Positions 57,775 to 64,000 of a DNA stretch of 64,000 bases are shown piece after piece. Source of the stretch: an uncultured Gemmatimonadales bacterium (GTDB lineage: Bacteria; Gemmatimonadota; Gemmatimonadetes; Gemmatimonadales; GWC2-71-9); assembly GCA_963779755.1 (NCBI GenBank), contig CAVZZO010000001.1:224001-288000 (forward strand), read 5' to 3'. A model generated the notes under the pieces. The model did not search any database and had not been told where the DNA came from. It saw only the letters and a program-made list of their open reading frames with translations. Each line of letters opens with the position of its first letter. Position 1 is the first letter of the stretch. A program made the position numbers and the translations under genes.

Positions 57775-59055
57775 CTACGGTACACAGGCCGTCGAGTGAA
57801 CCGGCACGCCATCGGCCAGGCCGTCGACCAGGGTCACCGTGCCGTTGGTGCGGATCAGCACGTCGTCGCCGTCGGCGTCGGTGGCCGGGGTGCGACCCTG
57901 CTCCGCGTCGCCCTGGTCGGTGCGATAAATCCGGATGGCAGGGTTGTGGGCGCAGTAGCGCGCCAGCGTGGTGGAATCCGGCAAAAAGCTCCCATGGAAC
58001 GACTTGCGGCCTGAGGACACCACCACGAAGCTGGGATCCACGGCCTGGATGAACGGGAGAGTGCTGGAGGTCTCACTGCCGTGGTGCGCAATCTTCAGCA
58101 CAGTACTATGCAGTCCGGCGGCACCCACCGAATCGAGCAGGATGCGCTCCCCGTAGCGGGCGGAGTCCGGCGGGTCGTCGCGGTCCTTGCCCTCGGCATC
58201 GCCCATGAGCAGGATGCTCTGGGTCCCGTAGACCAGTCGCAGCACGATGGAGGCGTTGTTCTCCAGGGTGTTACCGCTGCCCAGGCCTTCGGGTGAGCCG
58301 GGATAGGAATACAGCACCTGAACCTGCAGTTCGCTGCCCCAGTCCAGTGTGCCGAAGCTGGCGCGCCCCATATGCATCACCGTGGGAGCACCCAAAGCCG
58401 ATTCGGCCCGCACCATGGCCAGAAAGCCGGCATACCTCGCTCCCTCCTTGGGGTACCCCGGATCGTAGTAGTTGCGCACCTCGAAATGCCGGAGGATGCC
58501 CTCGGCGCCGGGATAATGATCGTCGTGCGGATGGGTGAGGATGAGCGCGTCGACCACGGCGTGCTCGTGCGCCCGCGCCAGCACATACCGGAGCAGCGCA
58601 TCGCGCGCATCGGAGGCATCCGGGCCACCATCGATGATGATGTTCCGCCCCTCGTAGATGCCGTTCCCCGGGATGCCGTCGTCGTAGGTATGGATCCAGA
58701 TACCGTCGCCCTGGCCCACGTCCACGACGTGCACCTCCAGCCAGGCATCCGGAATGGACGCGGGCGGACCAGCGGGCTCGCCGACCAGCTCCAGGAACTT
58801 CTTCGCCGCCCAGCCGGTGCGCCCGTCCCCCAGCCGGATCTGCCGCCAGTACGGCGCGGTGCCGATACCGTCGGCCACCGTTCCGGGTGCCAGGCAATCC
58901 TGCCGGGCAGCTCCAGCGGACGGGAGCGCCCGGAACACCAGGCAGGGCGCCGCGCTTTCCCGCACCCGGAAGACAACCGCTCCCTCCTGGCCAGCCAGCC
59001 CGGCGGGCAGCAGGACCAGTAACGCGAATGCCAGCCCCCAGAGACTCCTGCGCAT
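57775..59055 (-). CDS. Secreted ComEC/Rec2-type MBL hydrolase with N-terminal SH3-like domain
   Basis: Signal peptide; W..I....G.TGW; VDVGQGD, IDGG, THPHDDH, NNAS, GDAE, HHGS, YRTD. Confidence 0.8.
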   Translation of the reverse strand: MRRSLWGLAFALLVLLPAGLAGQEGAVVFRVRESAAPCLVFRALPSAGAARQDCLAPGTVADGIGTAPYWRQIRLGDGRTGWAAKKFLELVGEPAGPPASIPDAWLEVHVVDVGQGDGIWIHTYDDGIPGNGIYEGRNIIIDGGPDASDARDALLRYVLARAHEHAVVDALILTHPHDDHYPGAEGILRHFEVRNYYDPGYPKEGARYAGFLAMVRAESALGAPTVMHMGRASFGTLDWGSELQVQVLYSYPGSPEGLGSGNTLENNASIVLRLVYGTQSILLMGDAEGKDRDDPPDSARYGERILLDSVGAAGLHSTVLKIAHHGSETSSTLPFIQAVDPSFVVVSSGRKSFHGSFLPDSTTLARYCAHNPAIRIYRTDQGDAEQGRTPATDADGDDVLIRTNGTVTLVDGLADGVPVHSTACVP

Positions 59056-59061
59056 AGGCCT

Positions 59062-59126
59062 CCCTCGACCCTCTCGACCCTCTCGACCCTCTCGACCCCT
59101 CTCGACCCCCTCGACCCCCTCGACCC
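59062..59126. repeat. Nonamer (TCGACCCYC) tandem repeat, 7 copies
   Basis: TCGACC at 59065, 59074, 59083, 59092, 59102, 59111 and 59120. Confidence 0.92.
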
Positions 59127-59180
59127 AACGTCCAGCCCAAACCGCCTGTCCGCCAGCCCGGAGACGGTTATCCTCCCAGC

Positions 59181-60482
59181 GTGGACGCGGACGTGATCGT
59201 CATCGGCGGCGGATTGGCCGGGCTGGCCGCGGCAGCACGGCTCTGCGCCGCCGGGCGCTCGGTCCTCCTGTTCGAGGCCCGGCCCTGGCTGGGCGGCCGG
59301 GTACGCACCCACTGGCCGGAGGACTTTTCGTGGCCGGTGGAGTTGGGCGCCGAATGGATTTCCCAATCGGGCGAGGTCCGGCAACTCCTGCAGGACGACG
59401 CGGCTCCGCTGGAGCAGGCCGACGGCGTGCGCCGGGTACGGCGCGACGGCCAGCTCCGCAACATGGATGAACTACCGGAAGTCACCGGCGGACTGGAGCG
59501 GCGGCTGGCGGAGCTGGGCAACCAGGACCGCTCGCTCACCAGGGCGCTGGAGGAATGTTGCGCCGAGGAGCGGTTTCGGGAGGAACGCGACCTGCTGCTG
59601 GGATACGTCCAGGGTTTTCACGCCGCCGATCCCGCGCAGCTCAGTGTCCGCTGGCTGCTGACCGTCGAGCAGAATCAACCCGCCGATGCCGCGGAATCCC
59701 GCACCGCCGCCGGAACGGAACGGGTGGTCGAGTTGCTGCGGGCGCAGGCGGGTGAACACTGCCGCTGGCATACCGAGAGCATCGTCCGCGAGATCCGCTG
59801 GCAACCAGGCCGGGTGGAGGCCGCCGTCGATCATCAGGGTACCGAGCTCAGCTGCCGGGCGCGCGCCGCGGTGATTACCCTGCCGCTTCCGTTGCTCCAG
59901 GCCCACCCGGGCACGCCCGGCGTCGTGCGCTTCCTGCCGGCACTCGACGGGAAGACCGCTGCGCTGGGCGGCCTCGCCATGGGGCCCGCCTGTAAGCTCG
60001 TTCTGCGGTTTCGCGAGCCCTTCTGGGAAGCCGATCCAGCCTTGCGGCGGCTCCTGTTTCTCCACGCCTTCGATGCGCCCTTCCCCACCTGGTGGACGCT
60101 CGCGCCCTCGCGCGTACCCAGGCTCACCGCCTGGGTCGCGGGGCCGCAGGCCGCCGCCCTGGGCAGCCGCGACGGCGAGGCGCTGGTCCAGCCCGCGCTC
60201 GATTCGCTCGCCCACGCGAGCGGTATACCCCGGGGCGAAATCGCCGATCAGCTGGCGGGGTGGCACTATCACGACTGGAACGCCGATCCCTACTCCCGCG
60301 GGGCCTACAGCTATGTGCGGGTGGGAGGCATGGAGGCGCACCGGGAACTGGCGAAGCCGCTGGACCGGACACTCTTCTTTGCCGGCGAGGCGACTTGCGG
60401 CCAGGGCTTCAATGCCACCATGGAGGGAGCGGTGCAATCCGGGCGCCGGGCGGCGGCGGAAATCCTGCAGCTTACGGCGTAA
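59181..60482 (+). CDS. Flavin monoamine oxidase family protein
   Basis: IGGGLAGL, EAR..LGGR, ELGAEWI, W..DPYSRGAYS, FAGEAT, MEGAVQSG. Confidence 0.88.
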   Translation: MDADVIVIGGGLAGLAAAARLCAAGRSVLLFEARPWLGGRVRTHWPEDFSWPVELGAEWISQSGEVRQLLQDDAAPLEQADGVRRVRRDGQLRNMDELPEVTGGLERRLAELGNQDRSLTRALEECCAEERFREERDLLLGYVQGFHAADPAQLSVRWLLTVEQNQPADAAESRTAAGTERVVELLRAQAGEHCRWHTESIVREIRWQPGRVEAAVDHQGTELSCRARAAVITLPLPLLQAHPGTPGVVRFLPALDGKTAALGGLAMGPACKLVLRFREPFWEADPALRRLLFLHAFDAPFPTWWTLAPSRVPRLTAWVAGPQAAALGSRDGEALVQPALDSLAHASGIPRGEIADQLAGWHYHDWNADPYSRGAYSYVRVGGMEAHRELAKPLDRTLFFAGEATCGQGFNATMEGAVQSGRRAAAEILQLTA

Positions 60483-60493
60483 CAGCGGAAACA

Positions 60494-60566
60494 TGGCCAG
60501 GGACGGAATCGAACCGCCGACACCGTGATTTTCAGTCACGTGCTCTACCAACTGAGCTACCTGGCC
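60494..60566 (-). tRNA. tRNA-Phe(GAA)
   Basis: GGCCAGGTAGCTCAGTTGGTAGAGCACGTGACTGAAAATCACGGTGTCGGCGGTTCGATTCCGTCCCTGGCCA; cloverleaf fold; CCA not encoded. Confidence 0.97.
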
Positions 60567-60612
60567 CCCGAAGGGCCGAGAATATAGTGCCGATACACCG
60601 CCCCCGCCAAGG

Positions 60613-60773
60613 ACCCCTCCGGTGGTGGCGCGCTCCGGGTCCAGTGATCTAAGTAGAAGAGATCGAAAGGGTTGGGCTCCCAGACCATACCGGCACACAG
60701 AGCGGCCCCGAAGGGTGTTCTCTCCGGGGCCGGCCCTGCTGTCAACTCCCGGACGACCGGCGTCACAGAGGGT
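60613..60773 (-). ncRNA. Candidate structured ncRNA, 6S-RNA-like rod
   Basis: Ends pair (CCCTCTG/CGGAGGG, TCCGGG/CCCGGA); central bubble with a small GATC..GATC hairpin; further bulged stem; strand tentative. Confidence 0.45.
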
Positions 60774-60894
60774 GCGTGGTAGAAAAGCTCTGCGCCGCCA
60801 ACCGGCCAGGCACAGCGGGAGACGAGCCTGCACCGCCGCCCTGCACAGGAATGGGAGATACCGGGACCACACTCTGGTATCTGGTCCTGGTGCC

Positions 60895-61869
60895 TCAGGG
60901 AAACTTGGGCTTCTTGATCAGACCCTTGAGCTTGTTCTTGGCACTCTCCTTGGCCGCTTCTTTTTCCTGTTCCACCAGGTCGTTGAAGGCCTGCTTGGCG
61001 GCGTCGCTCATCATCTTGCTGAGGCTGAAGTTCTTGAGCGCGTCGCAGGCCTGCTTCCGCTGTTCTTCGGTCATCTGGGGCTGCTGGTCCTGTCCCTGTG
61101 CCTGCCCGGCGGATGCATGTTGTTCCTGCATCTTCTGCCGGGCGGCCGCGATCGAATCGCTCAGCTCCTTGCTCGCCAGGTACAGCACGAATCCGCGTGC
61201 CACGGAGTCGGGGTCCTGGGCCATGGCCTCCGGCTGGAAGGTGATGCCGGCGGGCGGGTCGAAGGCTGACGCCGGCGGCTCCCCCAGAGAGACGGCGGTA
61301 GCCGTCTGCTCGAAGTCCACGCAGAACAGATTTCCCTGGGCATGCAGCGTCACCGGCGGGGACGACATGTTGCAGACCGACCAGCTGCCGAACCGCATCT
61401 CCTCGCAGCTCTGCCCCGCGTAGGTTCGGGTGCCGACCTTCTCCTCGGCCCCCATGATCCCGGTGCCGAATGCCTGGCCCAGCATGTCGGCCATGTCTTT
61501 CATGTTCTGGTGCAGGCGCTGCTTGTCCGACTTGCTCAGGTCGTCATAGGCCCGGGCCATGTGGGGCAACATGTTGGGCTGCCGGGTGCCGGTTTTCTTG
61601 TCGAGATTGGCGGTGTAGAGGGAGTCGGGCGTGAGCAGCGTCCAGCTGTCGGTGGTGCTGGTCTTGCCGAAGAACTTGCCGGTGATGTGGCTGCGGGTGA
61701 CCGACCGGTTGCCGGCCATGGCCTGTTCGCCGGTGCCGGTCATATCACCCCCGTACTGGTAGGTGACCGACACGGGTTTCAGCTTCCTGGGCGACTGAAA
61801 CGGATTCTGCTGGGCCAGCAGCGGAGTGGTGCTGGCCAGGAGGCACAAGACCGGGACGAGGGCGCGCAT
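60895..61869 (-). CDS. Secreted hypothetical protein (DUF4412-like)
   Basis: GGAG RBS; signal peptide; G.RTYAG..C and F.PP motifs; helical C-terminus. Confidence 0.65.
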   Translation of the reverse strand: MRALVPVLCLLASTTPLLAQQNPFQSPRKLKPVSVTYQYGGDMTGTGEQAMAGNRSVTRSHITGKFFGKTSTTDSWTLLTPDSLYTANLDKKTGTRQPNMLPHMARAYDDLSKSDKQRLHQNMKDMADMLGQAFGTGIMGAEEKVGTRTYAGQSCEEMRFGSWSVCNMSSPPVTLHAQGNLFCVDFEQTATAVSLGEPPASAFDPPAGITFQPEAMAQDPDSVARGFVLYLASKELSDSIAAARQKMQEQHASAGQAQGQDQQPQMTEEQRKQACDALKNFSLSKMMSDAAKQAFNDLVEQEKEAAKESAKNKLKGLIKKPKFP

Positions 61870-61998
61870 GGAAGGCTCCAGCCAGGGAGGACCCGCGGAG
61901 CGGGCTGGCGACAATCTGCGCTCCCGTACCACGGACGGCAAGATGGGGCCCCGCATGCGCCCTGCCGCGCCGCCGCCTACCCGTCCATATTACCCGGC

Positions 61999-62646
61999 AT
62001 GGTGCCCCCCTCCGCCTTTCCCAATCTGACGGTCATCCCGCATCCGCTCATCCAGCACAAGATGACGCTGCTGCGCGACCATCGCACCGGCACCCGCGAC
62101 TTCAAGCAGCTGGTCACCGAGATCGCCATGCTGATGGCCTACGAGGTGACGCGGGATCTTCCCACCGATCCGCTTGAGGTCGAGACCCCGCTGGAACGAA
62201 CCACCGGCCTGCAGGTCGAAGGCAAGCGCGTGGCTCTGGTCCCCATTCTGCGGGCCGGGCTGGGAATGGTGGACGGGATCGCGCAGCTGATCCCCGCCGC
62301 GCGCGTGGGACATATCGGCCTCTACCGCGACGAGACCACGCTGCGGCCCCACGACTATTATTTCAAGATCCCCGCCGCCGATCAGATCTTCGAATACTTC
62401 GTGCTCGATCCCATGCTTGCCACCGGCGGCTCCGCCATCGCGGCCGCCGATGCCCTGAAAGAGGCCGGCGCGGCCCGGATCCGTTTTCTCTGCCTGGTAA
62501 CGGCTCCCGAAGGCGTGCAGCGCATGCTGGAGCGGCATCCCGATGTGCCCATCTTCGCGGCCGCACTCGACCGGCAACTCAACCAGAACGGCTATATTCT
62601 GCCGGGCCTCGGCGACGCCGGCGACCGCCTCTTCGGTACCGGCTGA
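61999..62646 (+). CDS. upp: Uracil phosphoribosyltransferase
   Basis: [44 protein letters not shown]. Confidence 0.97.
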   Translation: MVPPSAFPNLTVIPHPLIQHKMTLLRDHRTGTRDFKQLVTEIAMLMAYEVTRDLPTDPLEVETPLERTTGLQVEGKRVALVPILRAGLGMVDGIAQLIPAARVGHIGLYRDETTLRPHDYYFKIPAADQIFEYFVLDPMLATGGSAIAAADALKEAGAARIRFLCLVTAPEGVQRMLERHPDVPIFAAALDRQLNQNGYILPGLGDAGDRLFGTG

Positions 62647-62650
62647 CACG

Positions 62651-62704
62651 TGCCCACTCTGCACCCTCTGCCCATTCTGCCCACTCTGCCCACTCTGCCC
62701 ACTC
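62651..62704. repeat. Nonamer (TGCCCACTC) x6
   Basis: Four perfect and two variant units filling the intergenic gap. Confidence 0.92.
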
Positions 62705-62708
62705 CGCC

Positions 62709-64000
62709 ATGACCCGACTCACCTTCTGGGGCGCGGCCGGGATGGTCACCGGCTCGATGCACATGCTCGAGTCCGCCGGCGCGACCATTCTCCTGGATTC
62801 CGGCCTGTTCCAGGGGCACCGGGCTCAGGCCCGATCGCTCAACGCCGATCTCCAGTTCGATCCCCGGCGCGTCGATGCGGTGGTGTTGAGCCATGCACAT
62901 ATCGATCATGCCGGCCGGCTCCCGCTGCTGGTGGCCCGCGGCTTCCACGGCCCCATTTATGCCACGCCGGCCACCCGGGACCTCTGCGCCGTGATGCTGC
63001 CCGATGCCGCCCACATCCAGGAAAGCGACTTCGCCTACCTGCAGAGGCACGGGCGGGCCGGCCCCGAAGCGGAGCCGCTGTACCGGATGGCCGATGCCAT
63101 CGGAGTACAGGACCTCATGGTGGGGCTGCCCTGCCGGCGGGTGCATCACATCCGGAAACATCTCAGCTTCGAGTTCACCGAAGCGGGGCACATTCTCGGA
63201 TCTGCCTCGGTGGATCTCCGCATCAGTGAAGGGCCCAACCACCGGCTGGTGTTCTCCGGCGATATCGGCCGCAAGGGCCTGCCCATTATCCGCGACCCGG
63301 CGCCACCCAGCGGCCCCATCGACACGCTGATCATCGAGTCCACCTACGCCAACCGGCAGCACCAGCCGATCGCCTCCACCGAGAACCAGCTGGGCGAGCT
63401 GGTTCGCCGGGTGGCGGGACGGGGCGGGAAGCTCCTGGTCCCGGCATTCGCGCTGGGACGCACCCAGGAACTGGTCTATGCTCTGCACCACCTCTTCCGT
63501 GCCGGCGCCATCCCCGGAGTCCCCATCTACATCGATACGCCGCTCGGCGTCGATGCCACGCAGGTCTTCCGCATGCACCCCGAGCTGTTCGACCGGCGGG
63601 AGAACCTGATGGACCGGGCGGAGACGCTCTTCGATTTCCCGCTGGTGCACTATGTCCGTTCCGTCGAGGACTCCAAGAAGCTGAATTCGCTGCCGGGGCC
63701 GGCCGTGATCATCGCCGCCAGCGGCATGGTCGAATCCGGCCGCATTCTGCACCACCTGCGGCAGGGCATCGGAGATCATCGCAATCTGATCCTGCTGGTT
63801 GGCTACCAGGCCGAACACACCCTGGGACGCCGCATCCAGGAGGGAGCCACCGAGGTCCGCATCTTCGGCGAGACCCTGCCCCGCCGGGCCGAGGTCGAAA
63901 CTCTGGGCGGCTATTCGGCCCATGCCGACCGCGACGAGCTGCGCGCCTGGATCCGCGAGCTGGGCGGTCCCATCCGCCGGGCCTTTCCGGTTCACGGCGA
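62709..64000 (+). CDS. MBL-fold beta-CASP ribonuclease-like protein, truncated by the right edge
   Basis: Not in the ORF track because it has no stop; MTRLTFWGAAGMVTGS, DSGLFQG, SHAHIDH, AGHILGS, FSGD, ESTY, PAFALGRTQE, YSAHAD. Confidence 0.9.
   Translation, partial: MTRLTFWGAAGMVTGSMHMLESAGATILLDSGLFQGHRAQARSLNADLQFDPRRVDAVVLSHAHIDHAGRLPLLVARGFHGPIYATPATRDLCAVMLPDAAHIQESDFAYLQRHGRAGPEAEPLYRMADAIGVQDLMVGLPCRRVHHIRKHLSFEFTEAGHILGSASVDLRISEGPNHRLVFSGDIGRKGLPIIRDPAPPSGPIDTLIIESTYANRQHQPIASTENQLGELVRRVAGRGGKLLVPAFALGRTQELVYALHHLFRAGAIPGVPIYIDTPLGVDATQVFRMHPELFDRRENLMDRAETLFDFPLVHYVRSVEDSKKLNSLPGPAVIIAASGMVESGRILHHLRQGIGDHRNLILLVGYQAEHTLGRRIQEGATEVRIFGETLPRRAEVETLGGYSAHADRDELRAWIRELGGPIRRAFPVHG

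Noticed and set aside
60483..60566. tRNA-Phe as the integration site of a genomic island
   Set aside because: No integrase, no duplicated tRNA 3' end seen, and no compositional break nearby.

Overview
High-GC bacterial chromosomal window. Gene content and style suggest Gemmatimonadota, which is an inference only. It is densely coding, and I found no integrase, transposase, prophage or CRISPR. In order: an outer-membrane protein; a potABCDD polyamine ABC operon; hsp20; a sulfur-detoxification-like block (MBL-rhodanese, TauE, ArsR, TolC-MFP-RND-PII-like-DUF2892); thiC under a TPP riboswitch; a thioesterase/nitronate-monooxygenase/twin membrane protein operon; a five-gene putative trans-envelope electron conduit (His-rich inner-membrane protein, membrane-anchored FeS/FAD oxidoreductase, 23-heme and 19-heme cytochromes, beta-barrel porin) converging on a clade II nitrous oxide reductase cluster (cyt c-nosZ-nosB-nosL-nosD-nosF-nosY) with a divergent Rrf2 regulator; then mgtE, a zincin plus ATP-grasp pair, several exported hydrolases, argE-hutF, tRNA-Phe, a candidate 6S-like RNA, upp and a truncated beta-CASP nuclease. 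The best candidate for an undescribed system is the NAD(P)H-flavoprotein-to-porin multiheme conduit beside nosZ. Heptamer and nonamer tandem/inverted repeats recur at gene junctions and inside two CDSs. All functional calls come from motifs read by eye; no searches were run. Start codons were chosen from RBS and gene-overlap logic and may differ from the ORF track.
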